From positions 123,622-187,621 of the forward strand of contig MU058384.1 of assembly GCA_013265495.1 (NCBI GenBank): DNA of 64,000 nt, written 5' to 3'. The stretch comes from Vicugna vicugna (taxonomy: Eukaryota). The notes below the pieces were generated by a model that was not told the DNA's origin, searched no databases, and saw only the letters and a program-made list of their open reading frames with translations. This document shows positions 1 to 13,868 of the stretch, piece after piece; position 1 is the first letter of the stretch; each line of letters starts with the position of its first letter. Made by a program: the position numbers and the translations under genes.

Positions 1-236
1 TCTGTCAATGAGTTTTCCCATTTTGCTTGGCTCTTCTTTATAGCTTCAATTTCATTTTTGACATATTTTATTTCTCTAAGCATTATCTCTTTTAATTCCT
101 TCAGCAATTTGATCACTCCTTTTTTGAAATCTTGATCTAGTAGGCTATCGATGTCTATTTCATTGAGCGTTCTTTCAGGGGATTCCTCTTGTTCTTTTAA
201 TTTGGAAAGGTTTCTCTGCTTCTTAATCTTGCTCAT
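1..236 (-). CDS. L1 ORF1p N-terminus (partial, open to the window edge)
   Basis: Manual translation MSKIKKQRNLSKLKEQEESPERTLNEIDIDSLLDQDFKKGVIKLLKELKEIMLREIKYVKNEIEAIKKSQAKWENSLT: 78 codons, no stop, with coiled-coil-like periodicity typical of ORF1p. Confidence 0.8.
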   Translation of the reverse strand, partial: MSKIKKQRNLSKLKEQEESPERTLNEIDIDSLLDQDFKKGVIKLLKELKEIMLREIKYVKNEIEAIKKSQAKWENSLT

Positions 237-814
237 ACCTCTCTGGCACTGTGGTTTATGGAGTATCAGTTGTCTATTTTGGATCTTAAGGATTTTATCT
301 ATCTAATGCCTATTTAGGAATAGAACTTAGGAAAAAAAGAAAAAAGAAAAAAAAAGAAAAAAGAAAAAAATAAGAGAGAGAGAGAAAGATTTTTAAAAGA
401 AGGGAGAAAGAGGGTTTGAAAACAGTGTATAATGAATAATAGAAGAGCGGGTTGAAGCAGAGTATTAATCGGGTGGAGACGTCCTTTTAAAACCTTTTTA
501 AAAAAAAAAGGGGGGGTGGGGAGATGAATATATGTGTTTGAAGCCTGTGTCTAATCAATAACAGGACATCAAAACCCAAGAGAAATAGAAATGAATTAAG
601 AAATATAAATTAAGAGAGTAATTGAAAATAGAACAGGTAAAAACAGATTAAAAAAAACCAAAACAAAAACAAAAACAGAAAACAAAAAACAAAAAACAAA
701 AAAAAGGGGGTTGTCGGTGTTCTCCTGGAGTCTGTGTGCTTTTAATGTGAAGTCCTTCTGTCTTCGTCCTGTTTTGGAAGCTCAGCTTGTTTTCATAGGC
801 CCTCCGTTGGCGCC
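1..814 (-). mobile_element. Young LINE-1, 5' part (5'UTR plus start of ORF1), continuing off the left edge
   Basis: Reverse strand has a pyrimidine-rich 5'UTR, then an ATG at 236 opening an L1 ORF1-like frame. It abuts a MIR at ~815. Confidence 0.88.
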
Positions 815-971
815 TGAAGTAGGTATTTTTATCATTGTCTTAAAAATAAAGAAAGAAGTACAGAGATTTAACTAACTTCCAGAAATTACATAGCTAGGAA
901 GTGACTGAACTGTGTTTTGAATCTATGCAGTATGGCTCCAGAGGCCACACTCTAAAAGCCTACACTGTGCT
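815..971 (-). mobile_element. MIR SINE fragment
   Basis: Resembles antisense MIR core (gtaggtattttt...cagagatttaactaacttcc...acatagctaggaagtg...tttgaatc...gctccagaggccac). Confidence 0.75.
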
Positions 972-1004
972 ACGTTTAAAATTTATTATTTTTATTGTTT
1001 GTCT

Positions 1005-2010
1005 CTGCCTGGAGAGCATACATTTTTGTCTGTCTAGTTCACTGTTGTATTTACAGAGCCAAGAATGTGTCTGGAGCTGTTAGGTGCTTGTTTAACATTT
1101 GATCTACTGTGGTGTGTCAGGTAATGTAGTACACCAGCAAAAAGTTATAGCTTTCCTCAAGAGAGGAGATGAAATAGATATTAAATGAATCATTTCATAA
1201 ATATGTGTCTAAGTTTCAAAAACTGACAAAAACTGGCTAGGAAAACACAAAGAACTCTGACAGGGTTTAACATGAGACACACATAGTTTTGGATTAGCTA
1301 AAAACTTCTGATTAAAAAAAAATCTTTGAAGTCTACTCAAGACCTGAAGGATTAAGTAGAACTTATCCAGATAAATTAGGAAGAAGGAGTTTACCGAGAC
1401 AGGGGAACTAGATGTAAGTCTAACCAGTGAGACCAATTGATGAATTAAAATTCCATTGTAACTGGAAACTCTGGGTAGACTGGAAGACCTGTAGAAGGGA
1501 GTCTGTGAAGGCAGCCAGGAGTTCTGTTGGAAGGGACTTTATAGTTCATGTTAAGATATGTGGATTTTATTTTTAGACAGTGAGAAACAATTAGAATCTT
1601 AAAGAGTTAATTAACGTGACTGGATTTACATTTTGGATATCTGAATGCAGTACAAAGAATGGGTTAAAAGCAAGCAAGAGAGATGGTAAGTAGGTGGTAT
1701 GGGAATCTAGCCAATAGTGCAGTAACCCAGACAGGAGAGAATAGTGTTTTAAACCAGAACAGCTGCAGTGGAAATGATGGCAGCTGGACAGTTATTTACG
1801 AGTGGGACTATCGGATTCATCTTTTGATTGGATGTAGGAGATGAAGAACGGAGAGGAATGAAGAAAGATTTTCTAGATTCTGGCTTGAGTAACCAATACT
1901 GCTGCCGCTTAACATAGGAAATAGAAGGAGTTAGGTTTTAGGAGGCAATTCAGAAGTTCAGTTTTGGACAGTGTGGACATATCTGTATGAGGCTCTGGTG
2001 GTGTGTCTTT
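1005..2010. mobile_element. L2 fragments (3' tip on + at ~1005-1100; body on - at ~1450-2010)
   Basis: tagttcactgttgtatttacagagccaagaatgtgtctgg resembles the L2 3' end; ggattttatt...gattggatgtaggagatgaag...ttctggcttgag resembles antisense L2. Confidence 0.65.
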
Positions 2011-2225
2011 TGGGCACAGAGATTTGTCATGTCTTAGTGCAATGGAACTATTACTACTAGTGAAAGCTTTTGGAGGAAGTTAGAATGACCAGTGATAGCT
2101 TCAAAGTGAGAATAGTAAATTAACTAGAAGAATGAATGCCTTCATGATAATAATCAGAATTTTAAATATGGCTAGAGCAAGCGGAATCTGCAAAAGACTG
2201 AGAATGAATGGCAAATATATATGAG

Positions 2226-4450
2226 AATGCTTATCCCCACATTGTTTGTGGTAGTAGGGAGATGGGATCAATTTAAATGTCCATCATTAAGAGATGGATA
2301 AATGTGATGGAAACATATCATGTATTACTACACCGTTTTAGAGCAATAAACTAAAGATACATATACATAAATGGATTGATTTTCAAACATTGCACTAATG
2401 ATAAGAAAATACAAAATGAGTTATATAGGACATTGCCACTATGTAATTACATGTACACACTGAAGTGTGTGGACACACATACACCCACACAAAACTTTAT
2501 ATATTTTTAAATGAGGTATACATGTCCAATTAAAAATATTAACTACATTACACTGGATATCTACAGAGAAGAGAAAAATTAAAATAATAGGTATTATTTG
2601 TAAGATAATTTCTTAAAGGAAAAACATAAAGTCAACCAAGAAGGCATGCAAATCATGAATCTGTGTTCATGAAACTGTATTCACCTGATGATAGAACATC
2701 AACATGCATAGAGCAAAAGAAGTGATAGAAATACAAAGAGAAGTAGAAAGAGCCATATGCTTTGCAATTTTATTAGATCTCTGTCAGAAACAGATAAATC
2801 AAGAAATGGTATGATGTAGAATGTTTGAACAACAAAGCATGATATAATTGACATATATAGGATCCTATACTCAAAACAGAGGTGCATTCATTTGTAGCTG
2901 AACATATCCTAGGCCAAAAAAAAAGAAGTCCCAACAAACTTTAAAGGATTTGTTTTATAGATCACATGGTAACCCCTCATTAGTTCATAAAATTAGAAAT
3001 CAGCAATAATACAGTTCATAATTTAATCAATCATTTAGAATTATACAAATGCAGTTCAGAATAATTCATGACTAACAGGAAACAATAATGGGAATTTTTA
3101 AATACTTGGAATTTGTATTAACAAATCAAAACAAAAATTTGAAAAATGACTAAAATGATGATTACAGAGACATGTATATTTTAAACAGATATAGCTCTAA
3201 AAGAATATAAAATTAATGAGTTAGGTAGTCAAAAAAACTAAGTAACCCCAGACAGATAGACAAAAGCTCCTACTGTATAGCACAGGGGACTGTATTCTGT
3301 AATAAATATTCAATACCTTGTAATAGCTGATAATTAAAGAGAACATGAAAAGGAATATATAGATATAAATGTATAATGAACCACTATGCTGTACAGAATA
3401 AATGAACACAACATTGTAAACTGACTACACCTCAATTGAAAAAGACCTAGAAAACAGATTAACCATAGAGATGGTCAGCAGTAATAGAAAAGTTAGTTTT
3501 CAAAAGATTATAGAAGTAGTCTCAACTCTGCAAAGATTATTAGACAACAGAAGTAAAACTGAATATAAATAATATTAGAAGTGATTAAGAAAATATTGCA
3601 GAGAAGAGAATATTTTTAAAAATACAGAGAATGCTATGAACTCTAGTTCAATAAAATCAATGAAAATGTTAAAAATAATTCATAGAGAAATAGGAAAATG
3701 AATAAACAAAAACCTTATATACAATAAATTAGATTTTTTTTTTATATCAAGTCAGTGTCTCCAGAGCAAAAACAACACCAGTGAAAAACTTTGGTTTAAA
3801 CCGTGTTTAAATACAATAGTCAGCAATAGGGTAGGGATGACAATAGAGTTAATATTGTTCACCCTGTCTGGGTGTTATGAATATCAGGAGAAAGAATATA
3901 TTGATCTATTTCATTTCTGATGATTATATTTTGTGCCTATAAAATCAAAGATTTTCAAATAAAAGAAAAATATTGAATTGTAAGGGAATTTGTCAAGGTG
4001 GCAGAAAACAGGGAAAACACCATTTTTATAGTTTTTCTCTGTTATTAATCTCCAACTAGAAATAGAAATTGAGGAAAATTCCATTCAGATTAGAAATAAA
4101 CTTATCATTCTTAAGAATAAGTTTAACAATGTTTAGGACATAAATGAAGAAAATAATAAAATTTTATTGGAAGACCTAAAGCACTCGCTGAACAAATGGA
4201 AAGACTTGTAATGTTCCTGAAGAGGAATTCTAAGATAAAAAGTCAGTTTTCCAAGGAATAATATATTCATTTTTCTATAATTTTAATTAAAATTCTAGCA
4301 CTTTTGGATTTGGAATCTTTTCACATGTCTGAAACTTACAAAGTAATTCATACAAAGGGAAAATAGTGATGGAGCACTTGGCATTTCAGGTATTAAAATG
4401 TAATAAAAATTACATATTTGTAGAGAACTAGACTTATCATTGGAGCAGAC
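2226..4450 (+). mobile_element. Ancient L1M/L1ME remnants (3' end and degenerate ORF2)
   Basis: A-rich L1-like motifs: aaatgtccatcattaagagatggataaatg, aaaattagaaatcagcaataa, aacaaatggaaagacttgtaatgttcctg. Confidence 0.6.
3250..3445 (+). mobile_element. Young cetartiodactyl-type L1 3' UTR tip nested in older L1
   Basis: cctactgtatagcacagggg...ctatgctgtacagaataaatgaacacaacattgtaaactgactacacctcaattgaaaa. Confidence 0.8.
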
Positions 4451-4454
4451 TAGA

Positions 4455-4720
4455 GCTGGGTTAAGAGACTTAAAGGAGGCCGTTTGGTCTCCTTTTTGTT
4501 TTGTTTGTTTGTTTCTTTGAGAGAGTAAGTCCTCATATGGACATTTAATCACCAGTAGCAGGGCATTAGTCATATACCAGCAACTTAGGAATTATAGTGG
4601 AAAGATAGCTGCTCCTGCATTACGTTGTTAGAAAGCTCCGTCTGCAACTGTGGCAAATAAGAAAGAGTGACCAGATCCATTGATTGGCCATGCCTGGTAT
4701 ATACCTACTGGGATGATGGT
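4455..4720 (-). mobile_element. MaLR LTR fragment (MLT1K/J-like)
   Basis: Degenerate match, e.g. agtggaaagatagc...ttgattggccatgcctgg. Confidence 0.45.
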
Positions 4721-4874
4721 AGAGGAAATTGAGGTAAACACAATAGAACTTAATGGACTCGATGACTCAGGAAGAGGTCAGGAGCAGTAGATTTGGGAGT
4801 CACCCCTTATTGTTACTAGCAAATACATTTTGTAGCTGCTTTGTTTAAAAAAAAAAAAAGAGAGTAAAGTGGAC

Positions 4875-5365
4875 ACTCTGGATTGGTTCCCTTCAAATTC
4901 ACTCCAATTCCCTATTTGTCGAAGTCAAAAAGCTAAAATTACATCTCCAAGAGTCCATTGCAGTGTGGGTACTGGGTGTAAATTAGATCTTCGCATGAGA
5001 TTCACTGAAGCAGAATTCATAAGGAGTAAATGAGAAGGAACTCATCTTTCTGTAATTTTGGGATGTTCCTCCTGACAAATGATATCATGAAAGTGTGAGC
5101 CTTTTTTTTTTTTTTTAATGAAGCATCTTTCCCATATCCACTCTCCAGCTTCCTCAAAAGCTGTGTTGTCGTCTTTCTTGTAACATCGATCCAGTGGTGA
5201 CCTCTGAGAGCATCTGTTCTAGTGCTCGACTCTGTGTATTTTTCTGAGTCACTCTGGAAGACCCACCCTAGGACCCACTTTAGTAAACATGGTGACTTGT
5301 AAGCATCTAAATTCCTTTTGGATTACAATGCCTAGAGGAGGTTAGTCTCTCTTGTACCAACTGAT
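4875..5365 (+). mobile_element. ERVL LTR (LTR33-like)
   Basis: aagctaaaattacatctccaagagtccattgcag...aattagatc...catgagatt resembles the LTR33 family. Confidence 0.5.
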
Positions 5366-6714
5366 TCTTGAACGAAGGGTGAAGAAATTCTAGGCAGACA
5401 AACTCCAAAAGATGTCCACACTATGCCACCCCTTGCCTGAGAAGCATCAACATCCCTTCTCGTTTTCATACATGTAATTTCAAAGATTCTGACTATTATA
5501 AATTGAAAGAATTTATAGCTGTGAGCAGCTAAGACACTTGACCTAAAATATATAGCAGTAGTTGCTGTGCTTCCCATTTATAAATTATTCCAAGTAATAA
5601 AATCATATATAAAAAAGCTGGTTATTTTATGATGTCTTTTCTGAGAGCAGCTATTTATGTTATTTTTTTGAAATCCAGTGAAAGGAAGGAGAATTGCTGG
5701 TTAGAGGTAATCATGTAAAAGATAGAATGCGCGTTTATGCATGTATCTATCTGTAAAATCTAAGTTATGTTTGCATATACATATACGTAGTGTATACTCA
5801 CATACACTATGAGTATAATTTCCTAGACTCTAAATTTCATTACTGGGCATTTAAAAAATTACAGGATATTGAATCTGTTAGGATAAATGTTCTGGCTTCT
5901 CTCGTTTTGAAGGCATTTTCAGATTTAATAACTAAGCCAACTAAATACATTTTAAACTATAATATTGCCCTAGAAAATGTACTAAATAGCATTTATTGAT
6001 GTGAGTACAATAGTTATTAAAATGTCAACCATAGTCTTCAAATTATACCCAAAAGCATCTGGTGAAGCAACTGAATTCACTCTAACTGTGTTAAGAGAAA
6101 CAGCGACTGGGAATCAGATCAATAGCCTGAGTTTAGGGCCACAAAAAAGGTACCTGAGAAAAGGCTGCTTTGGGGAATTTTCAGATAATTGTTTAAATCA
6201 AACTAGTTAAAGTGAAGGGTGTTAAGAATCAATTTATAATCACTCTCTGAAAATAACATGCTCCCATTTCCTCCTCCTGGATATATAAAATGATAATGAA
6301 TTATATACATCATAAACAGCAAAAACTTTTGAAAGCCAATTGGTGGAAGAATCTGTAGTTCATAATAGGTGATGAAATTGATGTCCAACAATTTAAGGAA
6401 AAAAGTCACTCAAAGTCTGCTTATTTCAGTTAACATCCAACAATCTTTTATATATATATACATACTTTATACTGTTACTGTAGTATTGAAGTCTGCTTGG
6501 AAAATGAAAAGCGAGGGAAAATCCTGAAACACTATCTCTGTAACATAATTCACTTTTCTTAATTTTTGGTCTTTCTTTTGTCCATAGCAATATTTTGTGC
6601 TCCCCTGGAATCCATGATAAATTCCTCTGATTCCCTATTAGTTAGTTTTATTTATTTATTTTTTTTACTTTAGAGATATTACAGGAACAGTTCAAAATAT
6701 AAATATTTGTACTG

Positions 6715-7105
6715 ACGGTTTTATCGAGATACAATTCATATACCATAAAGTTCACCCTTTCACAGTCTACAATTCAGGGGTTTTTAGTAGATTCACAAGG
6801 TTATGCGTCAGTCACCACAATCTAATTCCAGAACATTTCATCATCTACTCCAGGAAGCCCTACACCTATTTGCAGTCACTCCCCATTTCTTCCTCCCCCC
6901 AGCCCTGGCAAGTATTAATCTACTTTCTGCCTCTATAAATTTGCCTATTAGGGACATTTCATATTAAATGGAATCATACAATATGTGGCCTTTTGTATCT
7001 GGATTCTTTCACTCAGGACAATGTTTTCAAAGTTCACTCATGTTGTAGATTGAATCAATACTTCATTTCTTTTTATGGCCAAATAAGGTCCCATTGTATG
7101 AATAC
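6715..7105 (-). mobile_element. L1MB-like 3' end
   Basis: gagatacaattcatataccataaagttcaccc...cagccctggcaagtattaatctactttctg...aatggaatcatacaatatgtggccttttgtatctgg. Confidence 0.85.
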
Positions 7106-10100
7106 TTGGTAACATTATTATTCTGTTTAGTTTATCTCATACTTTTCATTCCATCCTTTTCTGATTCTTGTCCTTAATATTGTACTTTCAGACCTTTTAC
7201 TTATATTTCACATACTCCATTTGATAAATCGTCAGCATGCTGAAGACAGTCTGTTGTCAGGATTTGATCTTTTTGTCTTTCTAGACCAATATCACACTGA
7301 TTTATTTGTTATTGTATAAAATGTGTGGATTTGGTGGGAAATTCCTCCTTTTTGGTCTTCCTTTTCAGAATTCTATGTATTCTTTTGTGCAAAATTTAGA
7401 CCAGTTTTGTGAATTCCTATGTGCCCAATCCTACTGGAATTTTAACTGGAATTTTATTGAATGTATGGGTCTGTTTTGGAAGAGTGATACAGTTACAATG
7501 TTATATTTCCAATATTTCTAATCCATTAACATCATTTACCTTTCCAAGATTATCTTTTCTTACTTCAATTGAGTTTCTACACAAGGTATTTAGCATTTCT
7601 ATTAGGTTATCTACCCATGATTGCTAGGCTATTGTAAATGCCACTTATACTGTGCCTTCAGTTTTCTGATTAATATTCCTTATATTAAGAGCTGACTCCT
7701 CTTTTGCTGTACCAAGTTGCCTCCATTTTGTTTACCATTTTTTTTGTGCCCAGCCCTGGACTTATGCGTGCTTAGCTGCTATGGACTCACCTCTGAGACT
7801 TTCTAGAGAACAGTTCCACCTTCTGGTAGTGAGCTTAAGGTGACTGCTCTCACTGATCTAGGCATACCATAGTGAATGGCTGTCCAGAGTGAAAGTACAG
7901 AAACAAGGTGGGACCAACTCTGAGATAAAATTTGTGGACTTCCTTGTGGAGTTAGTTTAAGGCTTGTGACCTTTCCTGTTTTCAGTACCATGAATGTTCT
8001 GTAATTAAGGGTCTGGATTGATTCCAGAGAATGGTAGAAAAAAACCCCTGTTATGGGAAGGGAAGAAAAGAGAAGGTTGTAATTTGTTGTTGGGAAGATG
8101 TGGGTGGGATAATTTCTGTTACTCTGCAGGGTGGAACTGAGAAAGGTGAGGAGACAAGTCTGGGGGTTTGAGAAGAATGGAAAAAGTTAGAAGTATACTT
8201 TCCAGTGCTTGGGAAAGCAAATTGATTATCAAAATGTAGTAAGACTGTTAAGACAGTGTTTATATGGAATCGTAGTCAGTCTCATCTACATGCATGAAAA
8301 CTCAGACTGTGTGAGTAACATAATAGCAGAAGAAAGATTATATGAAAAGATCTTGGCAATGGCCCGACTATACACTCCATTCATCTTTCTGAATAATTAA
8401 TATGACCCAGCTGTAGCAGTTTCTTCTTCCTCTGAATTCAGGTCTCCTGGGGCCTCAGACCAACTGTGACCCTAAATTGATGGCTACAGGGAGTCCTAAC
8501 TCACAGAACCTTCTAATCACTCACTAATCTGTAAAGCTCAATTATCTCCTTTGATGATCAAAACTCCGGGGCAAAGTTACACGTATTTTTTATTGTGTCA
8601 ACGTGTGTGAACACATGTTTTTATTGTGCCACATTGTCCGTAATAGCTGCCTGACATTTTTGTGCCCAGGGGTGTAACCTGGACTTCCTGTTTTGTACTC
8701 CATCTTCCCTAATCATTTAGTGTTTGCTAAAGAAGACCTAGAAGACATGCTTGTTTTTCTCTTACTTCCTTAAACTCTGAACTTCCTGTTCCAATCTGCA
8801 TATATATTGGATTCTCTCCTTAATACATGCCTTTTGTTGCAGTTGATTTTACCTTGCTTTATACTATTTTGCTGTTCTTCCCTTGGCTGGATCTCATCTG
8901 ACCTTTACTAGGCCAATAAAATAAAAACAAATAAGTGTGATTTGTAAACACACTGTCTTTCCCCCACAAAGTAGTGTGTAATAATTCCCTGAGAGGAAAA
9001 AAGCTGAAGAGGGGTTTGGACCCTTGTTAATTTACATTTAATTTTAGCCTCAGAGGTTTTTACAGGCAGTGGTTATGTCTGCATGTGAATAGGGGTATTT
9101 AATCAGTCTAGGCTGTCAGGTTGATAGTAGTGCTTATGAAGAAATTAGAGAAAAATGTTCTACCAAGTCCATCCTCCTGCCATAGAAGGAGCAACAAATC
9201 AGATATGGAAAGTCAAACACTATGATTAAAAACCTCATCTGCCCTAGGGAGTCTTTTATATATGTATATTTAATATTCAGCTTGAGTGTACCACTGTGCA
9301 GACAGCCTTTTCTGTGTCTTAGTGGATTTAATTGCAATACCGCCTGCATTTAGACTGCAGTTTTTTTTTTCTTTTAAGGAATGCTACTGATTAATAGTAT
9401 TTTAAAACTTGAGGAGTAGAGAGTCATATTGGAGGAAGATTTTGGTGATTTTCAAGCAAGTATCTTTCACTGGACATGTTGTAAAAGTACCACTTAAAAT
9501 ATACATATATAATGTTGATATTTCAATGTCCTCAACTTAAGAAAGTGTTTATATCTTTCCTATTTTATTTTATTTAGTATATTCTAATAGTCTTAGCTTA
9601 GGTACAGGAATGAATATTTCACTCTGCTACCATATGTGAGTGTTCTTTCAAATGCATTTCAGTTTTAAAGCTTTAGTGATGAATAATAACAATTATGGTT
9701 GACCATACCTTACTGGGATGTTCTAGGCTACATTGGTCTAAACTACTCAGATTTTCTGCATAGTGGAAAAGCAGTGTTTGCTTGCCTTGGCTCAGTCCAG
9801 CTCCACTTTAGCCTGGCCTTACCAGCGAGCGAGTCTGGAAAATCCTTGAGTGAGTCTCAGAGTCTCTTTCTGACAATCTCTGAAACCATGAACAGTCAGT
9901 AAAACTTGCTGTCTCAATTAAATCCGATATATTTGAGATTTTAGAGCCAATATTTCTTTCCAAGGAATCCATTGGCTAAGGTCTAGAATGCCCTTACTGT
10001 CTTAGGACCCAGACTCTACCTGTTAAGGTCTACATTTTCTTTTCTCCGAGGCACATACTGGTTGTTTTCCCAGAGCTGGAACCAGGAGGGCAGTTTTTCC

Positions 10101-10236
10101 TTTGTCTGAGACCCCATTTCCGTTTCCCTACGTGACATCTCTTGACCTCTAATCTGCACTAAACCTCATAGATGTAACTATTTTCCTTTTCTGAAGAAGG
10201 AACTTAACTAGCTCACCTGTTCTTTTATTCTAGGAC

Positions 10237-10688
10237 TGTTACTAGTCAGGGTTCTTCAGAGAAACAGAACCAATTATAGGTGGAGATAGAGATTTATTTT
10301 TTAAGAAATTGGTTTGGCTCATGAGATTGTGAGAACTGACATATTTGTACATCAGGCTAGCAAACTGAAAATTCTGGTAAAAGTTGATGTGTAAATCTTG
10401 ACTCTGAAACCCACATGGAAACAAGCTGGAAACTCAGGTAAGATTTCTGCGCTACAGTTTTGAGGCTAATTCCTTCTTCTTCAGAAAACCTCAGTCTTTA
10501 TTCTTAAAACCTTCAAGTGATTGGATGAGGTCCACCTACACTATGGAGTAATCTGCTTTACTTGAGTCTGCTGATTTAAATGTTAATCACATCAAAGAAA
10601 ACCTTCATAGCATCATCTAGACTGGTGTTTGATCAAACAAATGGGCACTGTGACCTAGCCATGTTGTCACATAAAATAAACCATCACA
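10237..10688 (-). mobile_element. ERVL solo LTR, MLT2 family
   Basis: tgttactagtcagggttcttcagagaaacagaacc...aaaataaaccatcaca; 5-bp TSD aggac/atgac with one mismatch. Confidence 0.88.
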
Positions 10689-11559
10689 ATGACATTTTAT
10701 TTATAACCTCTACCAACCAAATCTGAAAATATATATAATGTGAAATGTTTGTGAGAAAAGATATGAGTGTGCTTAAAATAGAGTACAGATCATAGCATGA
10801 GAGATACGTATTCTGAAATAAAAATGTTTGCTATGGTGAAAATAAGTACATTTGTAATTACCTGTTTTATATTCTCAGGAAGAAAATATTGTGTGTGAAA
10901 TAAGTGCACAGTGAGACAGACAACAATCTTTGATGAGAGAAAAAGAGAGAGAGAAAGCTGGTTTTAGGCTGGGAGAAAAAATGAAGAGAATTGAATGAGG
11001 CTGAAAACTATGAGAATAACAATGCTGTATGTCTAGGTTTGAAAATGTAAAAATTTGATACTCATGGATCCAGCACTGTAAGATTAAGGCACTTTTTTTG
11101 AAAGCTCTTTTCAGATACCAAGAAAATGATGAATTGAGGTCCACAATCCTGGAGAAAAGGAGGAATCCAAAATTATGACCCTAGCATTTGCTTTTGATTT
11201 ACCCTTTAAAGCATTTGCTTAATTTAAAACTGAGTCTGTGAGACTGAGCTGCTGAATGTCTCGTGGGACTCAGAGAATAAATGGAGTGTGTGGCCTGCCA
11301 AGTGAGAGGCTCCTGTGTGTGTAGCCCAAGGTTCCAGTTGGAACACTCACAGGAATAAATGCCAGCTGCGATGCTGATTCACATTCTGCCATCCCCCACA
11401 GAGATGGAAGGCCAGTTTCAACTCAGTTTAATCCTTATTAGATTAGGGTTATCTTTTCCTACCATAGTTTCTGCTGAGAGCAAAAAATATGAAACGCTCT
11501 GGAGGAAGGTAACATCAATAAGGACCTTAGATTTTTCTCTGTAGAGTTTTTTTATAGAG

Positions 11560-12730
11560 CTGTCTGTGATCATTAAAAATTGCTGGGCATGCAAAAAGGC
11601 AAAACATATTGAAAATCATGAGAAAATGATATTAGAAACTGACTTGCAGGAGACAAAGATGTGATGCAAGAATTCTTAGATATGGATTTTCAAAATGTGA
11701 TTAAGATGTTCAAGAGATTTAAGTTACATGATGTAACTTTTTTGAAAAAGAACAATTAAATGACAGTTCTACCACTGGAAACATAAAAATGCAGTAGCTG
11801 AAATTGGAATCAGTGGGTGGGTTTTGCAGAAGATTCTATAGGTGATGAGAGGATTGGAGAGCTAGAAGTAAGATCTTAGTGTATCCAGTTTGAAACCCAT
11901 ATTTAAAAGCATGAAAAGGTAGAAAAGAAAGTAAGGAATATATAGAACATAGGGGAGTTTCAGTATATTTTTGACTCGTCTTAGAAAGAGGAGAGTGACT
12001 GAGAGAAAAATATATTTAAAGGGAGAATTGAGAATTTTTCAAAATTGATGAAAGATACAAAGCCACAGATTGAAGATACTCTGTGAAATCCAACAAGGTT
12101 AAATAAAAAGAAAACCATGCTTAAGAACAACATAGTAAAACTGCATGAAACCAAAGAAAGAGAAAAATACTGTCTTTAAATGAGTAGCTCTAATACTGTC
12201 AAAAGGAAAATAGAAGCTAGAAAAGTATGGAATTATATCTTTAAATTAATTTAAAAAATGAAATACTAAGGTAACTTTTTTTATCAAGCAAAAATATTGT
12301 TCAATAGTTAAGGCAAGTTAAGTTTACAAAGAAAAAACTTTATGAAGTCTTCAGGAAGACATATGTGAAAAGCAACACACAGAAGAAAAATGATCCAGAT
12401 TGAAAGACAGAGGTGTAGAAGGTGATGCAGAACAATAGAAAGGGTAGATACATTGTGAAAAGCAATGTTGACAATATAAGTGAGAAATATTTGCACCTTG
12501 TAGAGTTTAATAATGAGGATTAAGATAAAATACAATAATTACACAAATGTGATAAGGTATAAATGAACCTAAATTGTTTAAAGGCCTTTTATTTTCTAGA
12601 AAAAAAGTAAAGGTGTAAGTGTATGTTAGAATTTAATCAGTGAATAATGCATATTGTTATGCTTAGGGTTACTGATAAAAGAACAGTAAAAATAGACAGG
12701 AATTTACAAGGGAAAACAGAATAGAAGTAC
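11560..12730 (+). mobile_element. Ancient L1M/HAL1 ORF1-region remnant
   Basis: Degenerate ORF1-like sequence, e.g. gaatttttcaaaattgatgaaagatacaaagccacagattgaag...aaataaaaagaaaacc...catagtaaaactg. Confidence 0.65.
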
Positions 12731-12741
12731 TTAAACTAAAG

Positions 12742-12943
12742 CAGAGCTCCCCAGTCTTGACTGTGTTGGCATTTCGAGCCAAGATCATTCTTAACTGTCC
12801 TGTGTGTTGTAAGATGCAGTTTAACAGCATCCCTGGCCTCTGCCCAGTAGATATCATTACCATCTTCCTCTACAAGGTAAGACAGAAAAGGCCTCTAGGT
12901 ATGTTCCCTGAGGGACAAAATCACCCACGGTTAAGCACCTCTG
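12742..12943 (-). mobile_element. MER20 (hAT-Charlie) DNA transposon
   Basis: cagcatccctggcctctgcccagtagat...ttccctgagggacaaaatcacccacggttaagcacctctg; imperfect 8-bp TSD aactaaag/aactaaga. Confidence 0.85.
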
Positions 12944-13868
12944 AACTAAGAAAAGCAATGCAGCGAAGAGAAAGATATATAGAAATATTGGACAGATATA
13001 AAATAAATAGCAATATGGCAGAGTTAATCTGAAATACTTGTTATATTAAGTGTGGACAGGTAGGTTTCCACTTCTGAGTAAAATGAAATAGGTGCTGAGA
13101 GCCATGTTTGGCTGGTACAACTGAAGAGACAATAGAAGAACCCCAAGTAGAAGGTCACTTTCCCCGATAGGCTATTGGTGAATTCTGGGTTTTAAAGGAA
13201 ACTGAGTCGTACAGAGCTGGTAAGGCAGGGGGACTCGTCACCATCACAAGACGCTTAGGGGACAAAGTCTGCTAGAGGGAGAAGACCGGGAGAAAACAGG
13301 GAATTTTGGACCTGTGTAAGAGAGAGAAGCTAAAGAGCCAGTCTCAGAATATCCATTTGATAGAATTTTCAGTGCTGTGTACAAAAGTGACTATAATGCT
13401 TCTAATAAAAAGTAAATGTAGTTCCTGTAATAATTATGTTGATATAGCTAAATGAGAAATTCATTTCCAGAATGTATTTTTCTGCACAGCTCTGAATTAG
13501 CATGGGCTCCAAGAGGCATTTTGTTTGAGACTAGGAAGGCAGAAGGAAAAAAAAAAGGATATTTATTTGTATTTGGTGCAAGACATCGCTGCTATTGCAT
13601 CACACGTGCATTTTCACATACCTTCTGTCTCTCCCTGTTGGCCGGGGGCAGCAGCTAGGCTCTGGCTCCTTGAGTCTTTGGCCGAGCATTAACTGTGAAT
13701 CTCTTTCTCTCTCCCCCTCTCAGAAGTTTAGGCTCAGCAGTTGAAAAGATCATTCAATTTGCTTATATAGCAATAGAATCTCTCTAAAATGACACTCAAA
13801 GAGCAAAAGACTGAGATAAAATGAAAAGAGGTCACTTGGAAAATATTTAGCAGGGATGCGTGTCTGTA

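Noticed and set aside
4475..4497. Hairpin plus T-run resembling an intrinsic or Pol III terminator
   Set aside because: Lies within a decayed MaLR LTR next to a (TTTG)n tract; no upstream RNA gene.
7800..8600. Possible ERVL-MaLR internal fragment
   Set aside because: Resemblance too faint to support without a profile search.
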